Shown here one piece after another: positions 10,028 through 19,037 of a stretch of 64,000 bases of DNA. This DNA is from Polyangiaceae bacterium (GTDB lineage: Bacteria > Myxococcota_A > Polyangia > Polyangiales > Polyangiaceae), in contig CBDCTZ010000014.1 in NCBI GenBank assembly GCA_965222375.1, forward strand, positions 768,001 through 832,000, read 5' to 3'. Made by a program: the position numbers and the translations under genes. How positions within the stretch are numbered: the first letter of the stretch is position 1; the number at the start of each line of letters is the position of its first letter. Below the pieces are notes generated by a model. It searched no databases and was not told where the DNA came from. It saw only the letters and a list, made by a program, of their open reading frames with translations.

Positions 10028-10606
10028 ATGAGTGAGTCGGCGAAGCGGCTTGCAACCTACGACGACCTCCTCGCACTGCCGGACGATGTACGCGGGCAGG
10101 TCGTGGCGGGCGAGGTCATCGTGTCGCCCTCGCCCACGCCACTTCACCAGTCTGTGCTGGCAGAGATCTACTCCGAACTCCGAGGGCCGTTTCAGCGGGG
10201 CCGGGGCGGCCCGGGTGGTTGGTGGTTGATCCCGGATGTGGACGTTCGTTTCGGTCCGCATGACATCTTTCGCCCTGACATTTCCGGCTGGCGGCGTGAG
10301 AGCGTTCCTGAGTTCCCCATGAAGCGCCCGGTGATCCAGCGACCCGATTGGGTGTGTGAGGGGCTATCTCCGCGGACGGCCGTGGTCGATCAGGGAATCA
10401 AGCGCAACGTGTATGCGAGTGCCGGGGTGCCCTGGTACTGGCTGGTCGAGCCGGCGAACAGATCGCTGACCGTGTTGCGGCTCTCCCCAGAGGGTTACGT
10501 GATGGAAGTCGTCGTCGGCGAAAGTGATTCCGCCCACTTGCCCCCCTTCGACGCCATCGAGTGCGAAGTCGCGCTGTTCTTTCCGCCCCCACGAGCCGAC
10601 GAGTAG
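10028..10606 (+). CDS. Uma2 family endonuclease
   Basis: ATYDDLLALP, SPSP..H, RPDISGW, PDWVCE.LSP, K...YA..GVPWYWLV.P. Confidence 0.9.
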   Translation: MSESAKRLATYDDLLALPDDVRGQVVAGEVIVSPSPTPLHQSVLAEIYSELRGPFQRGRGGPGGWWLIPDVDVRFGPHDIFRPDISGWRRESVPEFPMKRPVIQRPDWVCEGLSPRTAVVDQGIKRNVYASAGVPWYWLVEPANRSLTVLRLSPEGYVMEVVVGESDSAHLPPFDAIECEVALFFPPPRADE

Positions 10607-10680
10607 TTCAAGGCGGAGCTGACGTGACCCTGCACTTCAGGCCAGGGGTCTGACTGCTGTCGTCCCCCACGCGGCGCCTG

Positions 10681-11316
10681 TCACGGTGGCGCCGGCGTGA
10701 CTTTGCACTTCAGGCCAGAAGGCGTGGTGATGGTGGTGCCGTCGAAGGTGTACGTTTCGCAGTTCGTTTCGATGCAGAGTTCCTTGGTGTCGCAGCGCAG
10801 AGTGAGCATTTCTGGGCCAAAGTCCCGTCTGCCTCCGCACGAAGTCGGGGTCACGATGGTGAGGGCGAACGCTGCCGCCTCGGGAAGGCCTGGTTTGGTA
10901 CACCTCAACGCCGCACCGTCACACTCAGCGCAGGGCGCGTCTGCCGAAAGACAGAACGACTGAGTGTTGATGGAGAGCCCGAAGGTGCACTCACACGACA
11001 TATCTCGTTGTCGGACGCAGTTGACGTTGTTGAAGGTCCTAGGACGGCATTTCTTTCCCGGATCGCAGTCCGACTCGCGGGTGCACTGGGGTCTGAAACA
11101 CCCCCGTTCGTCGTAGATGGACTCGCCCCCGCACTTGCGAAGCGAGCAGAATTGCGTGACGCATGCTGATGGGACGTTTGCGCATCCTGAGATCTGGTCC
11201 GCAAGCACGTCGCGTCCCGCATCCTTCGCCGCGCTATCTCCATCGTTGCTTGCGCAACTCGATAGCAGCAATGCGCAAATCGGTGCCCATGCGTGGACCA
11301 GTCCGGCGAGCCTCAT
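10681..11316 (-). CDS. Cys-rich hypothetical lipoprotein
   Basis: Lipobox LLLSSC; DAG linker; paired Cys residues. Confidence 0.7.
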   Translation of the reverse strand: MRLAGLVHAWAPICALLLSSCASNDGDSAAKDAGRDVLADQISGCANVPSACVTQFCSLRKCGGESIYDERGCFRPQCTRESDCDPGKKCRPRTFNNVNCVRQRDMSCECTFGLSINTQSFCLSADAPCAECDGAALRCTKPGLPEAAAFALTIVTPTSCGGRRDFGPEMLTLRCDTKELCIETNCETYTFDGTTITTPSGLKCKVTPAPP

Positions 11317-11417
11317 GCGCTGTCAAGCATCCCACTCGAGCGTGGGGTCGTCGATGACGCTGCGCATCGCTGACGGGTGGCGGGTCGGGCCCAACAGCGC
11401 CCCAGGCGCCCAACCGC

Positions 11418-11470
11418 GGCCGATGTCTAGAGTAGTGGCCCAGCGACGCCCCAGTGATGCGACCCCAAAC
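11418..11470 (+). repeat. Dispersed bipartite intergenic repeat, copy A
   Basis: GGCC-N6-TA-GAGTAGTGGCCCAG-N16-CGACCCCAAAC. Confidence 0.85.
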
Positions 11471-11815
11471 CAAACTAGGAAGGGATATGGGGTGGTGGAA
11501 ATGAGCTGGGCGCAGGCCAGGGCGACACGAAAACGACAGCGCCGGCGCGATAGGGGGCCAAGTCAGCCGCTCCGCCTGGCCCAGGGAGATGTGATGGGGT
11601 GGCTCGTGACCTGGTAGGTAGCCGCCGAGGCGTCTTTCGGATGCGGAGGGCTGCCATGGTGGCCGTTCTGCATACGGTGTTCGCTTGGGCGCCGGACGCG
11701 CGAGCGATGGCTTTGCGCGAGGCGACAGTGGCTGTCTCCTCATTAACGAGGTCACCGGAAACCGGGCCTCAATCAACAGACGCGCTCAAAGGCGCAGTGA
11801 TTAGAGGAGACAGCC

Positions 11816-12844
11816 ATGGAGCATATTGGAGTCGATCTGGGTGGAAAACAATCGCAGGTGTGTGTGCGGGCCGCGGACGAAGGAATTCTGCTGGAGAAGA
11901 GGATCGCGACCAGCAGTTTGATGTGCTTCTTTCAGCACCAGCCCAAGAGCCGAATTGTACTGGAAACGTGTTCGGAAGCATTCCGAGTCGCCGACTGGGC
12001 TCTGGAATGTGGACACGAGGTGCGTGTGGTCCCAGCAACGTTGGTGCGCAGTTTGGGGGTCGGGGCTCGAGGCATCAAGACCGACCGGCGCGATGCGCAG
12101 GTCCTCAGCGAAGTCTCGTGCCGTATCGACTTGCCATCGGTGCACATCCCGGCGGAGCAGGCTCGCGACAGACGCACGATGTGCGCAATGCGCGAGCAAC
12201 TGCTTGGTGCACGCACGGCATTGGCAAATGCAGTGCAAGGCTGGAGGCGTACGCAACTGTTGAAAATGTGCTCCGGCGAGCCCACGACCTTGCCCACACG
12301 CCTCCGCGCTGCAGCCCTCGCTCATCCCGATGGATTGCCGCAGCACGTCGAGCGTCTTTTGCAGGCCATCGAAGCTCTCAACGTGCAGATCAAGGAAGCC
12401 AACGAGGAGCTCAGGGCCCTGGCGAAGAAGGACCCAGTCTGTCAGCGTCTCATGACGGTGCCCGGTATCGGTCCGGCAACCAGCATGCGCTTTGTGGCAG
12501 CACTCGACGACAGGACACGTTTTCCGAGCGCTCACTCTGTCGAAGCCTTTCTTGGGCTGACTCCGGGCGAGAAATCCAGCGGCGATCGTCAGCAACGGCT
12601 CGGGATCACCAAGGCCGGACCGGCGATGGTGCGCACCAACTTGGTGCAGGCGGCGTGGACCTTTCGGCGTACACGGCCCAACGACCCAATGTCCAAGTGG
12701 GCAGAGCAAATCGAGCAACGCCGTGGCAAATTCATCGCTACCGTGGCGTTGGCCCGCAAACTAGCTGGCGTGCTCTTCGCGTTGTGGCGCGACGGCTCTG
12801 TATACGAGCTCAACCATCGAAAGGCAGCGCAAACCGTGGCGTAG
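11816..12844 (+). CDS. IS110 family transposase/recombinase
   Basis: DEDD RuvC-like residues (GVDLG, VLET, KTDRRD); VPGIGP; GLTPGEKSSG catalytic-Ser region; GITKAG; ALARKL. SD GAGGAG. Confidence 0.97.
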   Translation: MEHIGVDLGGKQSQVCVRAADEGILLEKRIATSSLMCFFQHQPKSRIVLETCSEAFRVADWALECGHEVRVVPATLVRSLGVGARGIKTDRRDAQVLSEVSCRIDLPSVHIPAEQARDRRTMCAMREQLLGARTALANAVQGWRRTQLLKMCSGEPTTLPTRLRAAALAHPDGLPQHVERLLQAIEALNVQIKEANEELRALAKKDPVCQRLMTVPGIGPATSMRFVAALDDRTRFPSAHSVEAFLGLTPGEKSSGDRQQRLGITKAGPAMVRTNLVQAAWTFRRTRPNDPMSKWAEQIEQRRGKFIATVALARKLAGVLFALWRDGSVYELNHRKAAQTVA

Positions 12845-12897
12845 AAAACCTCCAGACTCCGGCAGCCCACAAGGTTGACCTGAGAAAGCCAATCAAC

Positions 12898-13100
12898 GGC
12901 TGTCCAGAGGCGGTGAGCGCGTTACTCTCGCTCCAGGCGTCCAGCGAAAGCTGGCCACGACCTTGTCACGGCGATTGCGCCCCGCCAACGGACCTCCACC
13001 TATGCGCCATTGCGAGCGCGAATAGTCGATTCAGACAGCCCGTTCTTGGTTTCCTCGTCTTCCGACAAGCCACGACCGCGAATAGTCGATTCAGACAGCC
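12898..13100 (+). ncRNA. Putative bridge/seek RNA of the IS1111-type element
   Basis: Lies in the 3' non-coding end. Closing stem GGCTGTC/GACAGCC; hairpin CCAGC-GAAA-GCTGG; TACTCTC is complementary to the target; ATAGTCGAT is identical to the predicted circle junction. Confidence 0.7.
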
Positions 13101-13206
13101 TGAGCTGGACTTTCTCCCCAACCAACGCGCTGCCGACGAAGAACTCCCCTCTACCTCAGGGCGACGGACCACTTTGTTCTGGACGGACAGGCCACCCCAT
13201 AGTCGA

Positions 13207-13250
13207 GAGTAGTGGCCCAGCGACGCCCCATGGATGCGACCCCCAAAAAC
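13207..13250 (+). repeat. Dispersed repeat copy B (right part; interrupted by the IS, left part at 11578-11589)
   Basis: GAGTAGTGGCCCAG-N16-CGACCCCCAAAAAC. Confidence 0.85.
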
Positions 13251-13303
13251 AACCGGATAAAGCTGGACAACGGGATGAGCGCAGTGGGCCCCAGTCCTCA
13301 AGG

Positions 13304-13347
13304 GCGACAGCAGAGCGACACGAATGCGACAGCAGAGCGACACGAAT
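13304..13347 (+). repeat. 22-bp tandem repeat x2 with 11-bp GCGACA periodicity
   Basis: GCGACAGCAGAGCGACACGAAT occurs twice, followed by GCCACA. Confidence 0.85.
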
Positions 13348-13401
13348 GCCACAAAAGGGCCGCCGCCCACACTGACTGCCGCGCCGCGCGACGACTGGCG
13401 C

Positions 13402-14220
13402 CTAGATGAAGAAATCCGGCACGAGCTCGTTGTCGGGCACGTCGGCGTATTGGCTGAAATCCGTGACGCCGCGGCTGCGCAGGAACACTTCGTCGACCAA
13501 GAACTGGCCGCTGAGCTCCTTGTGGGGCGTGGTCAAGATGGCGTGGGCGGCGTCGCCCATGATGTCGGGGCGGCGGCAGCGCTTCATCGTTTCGTCGCCG
13601 CCCATCAAGTTGCCCACGGCGGCGGTGGCGATGGCGGTGCGGGGCCACAGCGCGTTGACGGCCACCTTGTTCTTGAACTCACCGGCCATCCCCAGAACGC
13701 ACATGCTCATGCCGAACTTGGCCATGGTGTAGGCCACGTGATTTTCGAACCAGTGGGTCTCCATGTTCAAGGGGGGCGAGAGGTTCAAGATGTGTGGATT
13801 GTCCGCCTTGAGCAGGTGGGGCAGGCAGAGCTTGGAGCACAGGAAGGTGCCGCGGGCGTTGACCTGGTTCATCAAGTCGTAGCGCTTCATGGGTGTGTCC
13901 AATGTGCCTGTGAGGCTGATCGCGCTGGCGTTGTTCACGCAGATGTCGATGCCGCCGAAGGTCTCCACGGTCTTGTCGACGGCCGCCTGCACCTGCTCTT
14001 CAAAGCGAATGTCCGTCACACAAGCGAGGCCCTTGCCGCCGGCTTTTTCGATCTCCTCCACTGCTGTGAACACGGTGCCCGGCAGCCGCGGATGAGGTTC
14101 GGCGGTCTTGGCGACCACCGTCACGTTGGCTCCGTCGCGCGCGGCTCGAAGCGCAATGGCGAGCCCGATGCCGCGGCTCGCGCCGGTGATGAACAAGGTT
14201 TTGCCTTTGAGCGTCGTCAT
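13402..14220 (-). CDS. SDR oxidoreductase (HSDL2/AtuG-like)
   Basis: TGASRGIG, NNASAI, YTMAK, NALWPRT. Confidence 0.92.
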   Translation of the reverse strand: MTTLKGKTLFITGASRGIGLAIALRAARDGANVTVVAKTAEPHPRLPGTVFTAVEEIEKAGGKGLACVTDIRFEEQVQAAVDKTVETFGGIDICVNNASAISLTGTLDTPMKRYDLMNQVNARGTFLCSKLCLPHLLKADNPHILNLSPPLNMETHWFENHVAYTMAKFGMSMCVLGMAGEFKNKVAVNALWPRTAIATAAVGNLMGGDETMKRCRRPDIMGDAAHAILTTPHKELSGQFLVDEVFLRSRGVTDFSQYADVPDNELVPDFFI

Positions 14221-14382
14221 GCGGGTCTCCTGTGCAGTGGGCCGCGGACGCTAGCGAAAATCCCCGCGGGCGTCATCGGGCGTCGCGCCCAAGGATGGGC
14301 CACGGAACGCCTGAAATCCGCGGCAATGCGCGGCGGCGGCGCTGCTTTTTCCCCATCCGCAGCCCATGGTATGGCAGCGGCC

Positions 14383-16635
14383 ATGCGTTACGCGGTTTGC
14401 ACGGGACTCGGTTGGTTGCTGCTGTCGTGTGGGGGGCCTGGCCCGAGCGTGGTGCCTGGTCCGGGGCCGGATGTTGCGCCTGCTCCGAGCGTCGAGGCGC
14501 CGAAGAAACCCAGCTACGAAAGCCAAGGTGGCATGTGGGTTCCGCGGCAACTCTCGGAGCATGCCGACACTCTGAAGAAGCTCGGGCTCGAGCTCGATCC
14601 TGCCGCCTTGAGCGATCCGATGCAGTACCCCTTGGGCGCGGTGAGCCAGCTCGGTAGCGGCTGTTCGGCGTCCTTCGTTTCGCCCGAGGGCTTGATCGTG
14701 ACCAATCACCACTGCGTGACGGGGGAGCTGCAGTACAATTCGACACCCAAGCAGGATCTTCTCGCGAACGGCTATCTGGCCAAAACTCGCAAGGACGAGA
14801 AATCCAACGGGCCGTCTGCGCGCGTGTACGTGACTCAAGCGTTTACGGAAGTGACCGCGAAAGTCCGCGAAGGGCTGGACGCCATCAAGGACGCCAAGGC
14901 GCGCCACGACGCGGTCGAAAGTCGGCAGAAGGCGCTGGTCGCCGAATGCGAAAAGAAGCCCAATGTGCGCTGCAACATCGCCGAAAACCTCGGCGGTGGC
15001 GAATACCTGCTGATCGAGCGCCTCGAAATCCGCGACGTACGTCTCGTCTACGCGCCGCACAAGGGTGTGGGCGTCTTTGGCGGCGAAACCGACAACTGGC
15101 GCTGGCCGCGCCACACCGGCGATTTTTCCTTCTTGAGGGCTTACGTCGGCCCCGACGGCAAACCCGCGGACTACTCCGAAAAGAACGTGCCCTACAAGCC
15201 TCGCATGCACCTCAAGCTGGCGAGCAAGCCTTTGGGCGCCGGGGACCTGGTCTTCGTCGCCGGCTACCCCGGGCGTACCTATCGCCTCTACACCGCCGAG
15301 GAGACGGCGGAGGCCGTCGAGTGGTTCTACCCAAAACGCATCGAGCTGTTCAAAGAGTACCTCTCGGAGCTCAAGAAGATCTCCAAGGGTGACGAAGAGG
15401 TTCGGCTCAAGGCAACGCCCATCAGCCGTGGCCTCAGCAACGCGTTGACCTACACCCAAGGCGCTCTTGAAGGGTTGACCAAGGGCGGCGCCCTTTCGAC
15501 GCGAAGAGCGCGAGACGCGAAACTCGCCAAGTGGATCGCTGCCGACGAGAGCCGCAAGGCCAAGTTTGGTAACGTGCTCGCGGAGCTGGACGTCGTGTTC
15601 AAAGAGCGCAAGGCGACCCGGGACGTGGACTTCGCCCTGTGGGAGATCCTGCGGCTCAGCACGATGTTGGACGCGGCCGTCGATGTGGTGCGCATGGCGG
15701 AGGAGCGCCCGAAGAAGGACGCCGCCCGCAAGCCGGCCTATCAGAAACGCAACTGGAAACGCCTGGAGCAGGGCATGGTCAGCCTGAGCAAGCGCTACTC
15801 CCGCAAGCTGGAAGCGGCGATGCTGAAGCTTGCGCTGCTGCGAGCGTCGCGGCTGCCGGACTCCGACGCAAAAAAGAAGATGCTCGCGGCGTTCCTCGGC
15901 AAGACGCCGGCGACCCAAGACAGCATTGGCAAAGCCGTCGACGCGATGCTCGCGGGGACGAAGCTCGAAGACGAAAAGACGCGGGTGAAGCTCATCACCA
16001 AGGCCAATCTGGGGCAGGTGAAGTTCAGTCGCGACCCCATGATCAAGGCGGCCGTCGCGCTGCGCCCTCTGATTGCCGGGCGCGAGGATCGCGAGGATGC
16101 ACGCTCGGGCAACTTCGTAATGCTGCGCCCCAAGTTCGTCGCAGCACTCTCGGAAATGACACCAGGTCCCGTGGCCCCCGACGCCAACGGCACTTTGCGC
16201 GTTACCTTCGGAACCGTGCGCGGCTACGCGCCGAAGCCCGGTGAGCCCGTGTACGATCCCTTCACGCGGGTTGAGGAAATGGTCAAGAAGGCCGGCAAAG
16301 ATCCTTTCGATGCACCGGTCAACGTGCTCAAAGCCGCCCGCAGCAAGAACTTCGGCAGCTATGCGGACCAGAAGCTGGGCACCTTGCCCGTGAACTTCTT
16401 GGCGGATCTGGACATCACCGGGGGCAACTCCGGATCCCCAACCCTCAATGCGCGAGGCGAACTCGTGGGCTTGGCCTTCGACGGCAACTACGAGGCCATG
16501 GCCAGTGACTGGCTCTTCATGAGCGAGATCACGCGCAGCATTCAGGTAGATGCTCGCTACATGCTCTGGGTCATGGACGCCGTGGACGGTGCGGACCACT
16601 TGCTGACGGAGATGGGCGCAAAGCCGCAGCTTTGA
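14383..16635 (+). CDS. S46 family dipeptidyl peptidase, lipoprotein
   Basis: Lipobox LLLSC; GGMW.P, GCSASFVS.EGLIVTNHHC, DNW.WPRHTGDF, DITGGNSGSP, FDGN. Confidence 0.95.
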   Translation: MRYAVCTGLGWLLLSCGGPGPSVVPGPGPDVAPAPSVEAPKKPSYESQGGMWVPRQLSEHADTLKKLGLELDPAALSDPMQYPLGAVSQLGSGCSASFVSPEGLIVTNHHCVTGELQYNSTPKQDLLANGYLAKTRKDEKSNGPSARVYVTQAFTEVTAKVREGLDAIKDAKARHDAVESRQKALVAECEKKPNVRCNIAENLGGGEYLLIERLEIRDVRLVYAPHKGVGVFGGETDNWRWPRHTGDFSFLRAYVGPDGKPADYSEKNVPYKPRMHLKLASKPLGAGDLVFVAGYPGRTYRLYTAEETAEAVEWFYPKRIELFKEYLSELKKISKGDEEVRLKATPISRGLSNALTYTQGALEGLTKGGALSTRRARDAKLAKWIAADESRKAKFGNVLAELDVVFKERKATRDVDFALWEILRLSTMLDAAVDVVRMAEERPKKDAARKPAYQKRNWKRLEQGMVSLSKRYSRKLEAAMLKLALLRASRLPDSDAKKKMLAAFLGKTPATQDSIGKAVDAMLAGTKLEDEKTRVKLITKANLGQVKFSRDPMIKAAVALRPLIAGREDREDARSGNFVMLRPKFVAALSEMTPGPVAPDANGTLRVTFGTVRGYAPKPGEPVYDPFTRVEEMVKKAGKDPFDAPVNVLKAARSKNFGSYADQKLGTLPVNFLADLDITGGNSGSPTLNARGELVGLAFDGNYEAMASDWLFMSEITRSIQVDARYMLWVMDAVDGADHLLTEMGAKPQL

Positions 16636-17594
16636 GCCAGCGCTCCGCCATCAAGACGCTACCCCAGCGGTGGCGCTATGCCCTCAAACCCGCGAGCTGG
16701 CCGAAGCTGCTCGCGCCGATGCTGCTCGGGCAGGCCCTCGGCGTGCACGCGGCGCTTCGGGCCGAGCGCTTCGACGCGGCGCTCTGCACTTGGGTGCTGG
16801 TCGGGGGCACGGCGCTCACGCTGTGCAACTTGGCTTACATCGTCTTGATCAACGACTGGGCCGATCGACAGGTCGACGCCATCAAGCGTCGCATGTTCCC
16901 GGATGCCGGATCGCCCAAGACCATCTACGACGGGATCTTGCCGGCGGCCCACGTGCTGCTCGGGGGTTGCGTCGCAGGCGCGGCGTCCCTGCTCGTCGCC
17001 CTCGGCTTGGCGCTGCGCCTGAGCAACCCGTGGTTACCGTTGGGCGTGGCGCTGGGGCTCGCGGTTTTCTGGTCCTACTCCTTGCCGCCGCTGCGCTTGA
17101 ACTACCGCGGTGGCGGAGAAGTGATGGAAATGCTGGGCGTCGGGTTGGTGTTTCCGTGGATCTTCTACTGTGGCCAAAGCGGTCAAGTTCTCGGCGGGGA
17201 GCTGTGGCTCGTGCTCGGTACCATCCCGATGGCTCTGTCCAGCGCGGTCGCGAGTGGCCTGAGTGATGAAGAGAGTGATCGCCGCGGTGGCAAGCGCACT
17301 TTCGTGACCCTGTTGGGCAATCCGCTTGCACGGCGCCTCATCCGGATTGCGCTGCTAGCTGCCATCTTCGGCTGGGGGATCTCAGCGGTGCTCGCGCCTC
17401 TTTCATTGTGGGTGCCGCTCGGTGCGGCGCTCGCAGTTCAAGTCGGCTACCTGTATGTGGCGCGGGCGGATCAAGGTGCGGAGCGCAGGGCGTTCGTTCA
17501 GCTGTCGAAGCTCAAGCAGATGCTGCACCTGACGATTTGGGGCGGCCAGGGTATCCTGGCCGTACTGGTGATCCTTCACGCGCTGTTCATGTAA
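16632..17594 (+). CDS. UbiA/MenA-like prenyltransferase
   Basis: NDWADRQVD, YSLPPLRLNYRGGGE, DEESDRRGGKRT; multiple TM helices. Confidence 0.88.
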   Translation: MSQRSAIKTLPQRWRYALKPASWPKLLAPMLLGQALGVHAALRAERFDAALCTWVLVGGTALTLCNLAYIVLINDWADRQVDAIKRRMFPDAGSPKTIYDGILPAAHVLLGGCVAGAASLLVALGLALRLSNPWLPLGVALGLAVFWSYSLPPLRLNYRGGGEVMEMLGVGLVFPWIFYCGQSGQVLGGELWLVLGTIPMALSSAVASGLSDEESDRRGGKRTFVTLLGNPLARRLIRIALLAAIFGWGISAVLAPLSLWVPLGAALAVQVGYLYVARADQGAERRAFVQLSKLKQMLHLTIWGGQGILAVLVILHALFM

Positions 17595-17605
17595 AAGGTG
17601 GGGCC

Positions 17606-17989
17606 ATGACGGACGTAATCGTAATCTTCGCGGTGGCCGATATCGAGGCGTCGAGCCGTGTGTACGCGGAAGTGTTCGGTTTCGAGATCGAAGTGAAGGC
17701 TGCAAACTACGTCGAGCTGCGCATGACGCCGACTACGAGCTTCGGCTTGTATCAGCGCGACGCGTTTCCGAACAACTTCGATGGCCGCGTCGGGGCTCGG
17801 GAGCCGGGGGCGGCGCAGCCCGCGGAGTTGTATCTGCGCGTCGCGGACGCTGCCAGGGTCATCGAAGCGTTGCGGGCGCGCGGGTTCATGCTGAAGAGCC
17901 CCCTCGCGATGCGCCCGTGGGGGGAGCAGGCTGCCTACTTCCTTGATCCTGACGGCTTCGTGGTAGCGATCGCCCAGCGCGAGTCTTAA
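17606..17989 (+). CDS. VOC/glyoxalase family protein
   Basis: AVADIEAS..Y..VFGF; PWGEQAAYFLDPDG. Confidence 0.9.
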   Translation: MTDVIVIFAVADIEASSRVYAEVFGFEIEVKAANYVELRMTPTTSFGLYQRDAFPNNFDGRVGAREPGAAQPAELYLRVADAARVIEALRARGFMLKSPLAMRPWGEQAAYFLDPDGFVVAIAQRES

Positions 17990-18014
17990 GCGCCGGTCGT
18001 GGCGCGCCGTGGCA

Positions 18015-18431
18015 CTACAGCCGCAAGCGATATTGGTACGCCGCGGCGTGTTTTGGCAAAAACGCGGTTCTTTCCACGATGGTGGTCAGGCACGCTTCGG
18101 CCTTTTCGTCGCGCAGCTCTGGCTTCATCGGAAACACTTGGACGTGCACCGCTCTGCCGTCCTCCCCCACGCGCCAAGTCAGTACGACCGTGCCCGTCAC
18201 GGACTTCGGATAACAGCGGCGCATTGCGCCTTCGCGTTCTTTGATCAGTGCGACGCCTGACGGTGGCGGTGGAGGCGGCGCGGGCGGTAGGGTGCCAGCC
18301 GGAGCAGCCGACGCCCCGGGCGCGGAGCTCTCCGTGCTCGGCGATGCTTGCGCTGGTTCGGCCGGGGTACGCGGGCAACCCAGCGCCAGGGAGAGCGCTG
18401 CCATCCAGACAAACCGAACAACGTCAGCCAC
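18015..18431 (-). CDS. Small lipoprotein with TonB-C/AgmX-PglI-like domain
   Basis: Lipobox LALGC; Pro-rich linker; RRCY...GTVVLTWRVGEDG...ACL...F. Confidence 0.65.
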   Translation of the reverse strand: MADVVRFVWMAALSLALGCPRTPAEPAQASPSTESSAPGASAAPAGTLPPAPPPPPPSGVALIKEREGAMRRCYPKSVTGTVVLTWRVGEDGRAVHVQVFPMKPELRDEKAEACLTTIVERTAFLPKHAAAYQYRLRL

Positions 18432-18551
18432 GGGCTGACTTTAGCAGGTCCGCCGCCGGGCGGGGTGAAGGGGCATTGGCCGAGACGCGCCCAGGCAACG
18501 TGAGATTCCGGTTGCCAAAAGTGGCGCCGAGGGACGACTCTCAGCAGCGTC

Positions 18552-19037
18552 GTGAGTCGAGTTCGAATCAGCTTCGTCTGCTTGGGCAACATCTGTCGAT
18601 CTCCGACGGCGGAAGGTGTGATGCGCCACCTCGCCGACGTCGAGGGTGTTGCGGCCTCGCTGGAGATCGATAGTGCCGGCACCAGTGCGTACCATGTGGG
18701 CGAGTCTCCAGATCGGCGAGCGACGGCTGCAGCCAAGCGACGCGGGATCCGCATGGCAGGGGCCTCGCGTCAGTTCAAGCGCAAGGACTTCGAGCGTTTC
18801 GATTACATCTTGGCGATGGACCGAGACAACATGGCCGAGTTGCTGGATCTCGCGCCGGACTCGGACGCGCGATCCAAAGTGCGGCTGTTCCGGAGTTTCG
18901 ATGACACTGCTCCCGAGGGCGCTGGCACGCCGGACCCCTACTACGGCGGTGACCGCGGTTTCGAAACCGTGCTCGATATCTGCGACCGCGCTTGCCGCGG
19001 CCTTTTGGCTCACTTGCGCAAGCAAGGCGCGCTGTAG
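18552..19037 (+). CDS. Low molecular weight protein-tyrosine phosphatase
   Basis: VCLGNICRSP, DSAGT, DPYYG. Confidence 0.96.
   Translation: MSRVRISFVCLGNICRSPTAEGVMRHLADVEGVAASLEIDSAGTSAYHVGESPDRRATAAAKRRGIRMAGASRQFKRKDFERFDYILAMDRDNMAELLDLAPDSDARSKVRLFRSFDDTAPEGAGTPDPYYGGDRGFETVLDICDRACRGLLAHLRKQGAL

Larger units (their letters stand above)
11588..13206 (+). mobile_element. IS110-family (IS1111 group) insertion sequence, about 1.62 kb
   Basis: Subterminal inverted repeats ATGGGGTGGC (11594-11603) and GCCACCCCAT (13191-13200). GA is repeated at 11588-89 and 13205-06. Removing the element restores a correctly spaced repeat copy. Confidence 0.85.

Noticed and set aside
13017..13136. 24-bp repeat with a 36-bp spacer read as a mini CRISPR or TIGR array
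   Set aside because: Only two repeats, spacers partly homologous to each other, no cas or tas gene, and the location inside an IS non-coding end explains it better.
11430..13250. Flanking direct repeats as a target-site duplication or composite transposon ends
   Set aside because: IS110 elements make no long duplications, and the two copies are diverged members of the dispersed repeat family.
13324..14382. 1103-aa ORF as a fusion protein
   Set aside because: The first ~350 codons are the antisense shadow of the SDR gene. The S46 peptidase starts at its own signal peptide (14371 or 14383).
14251..16599. 782-aa antisense ORF and similar long shadow ORFs (e.g. 7764-8738, 38009-39256, 11599-13212)
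   Set aside because: These are high-GC codon-bias shadows of real genes and contain no motifs.
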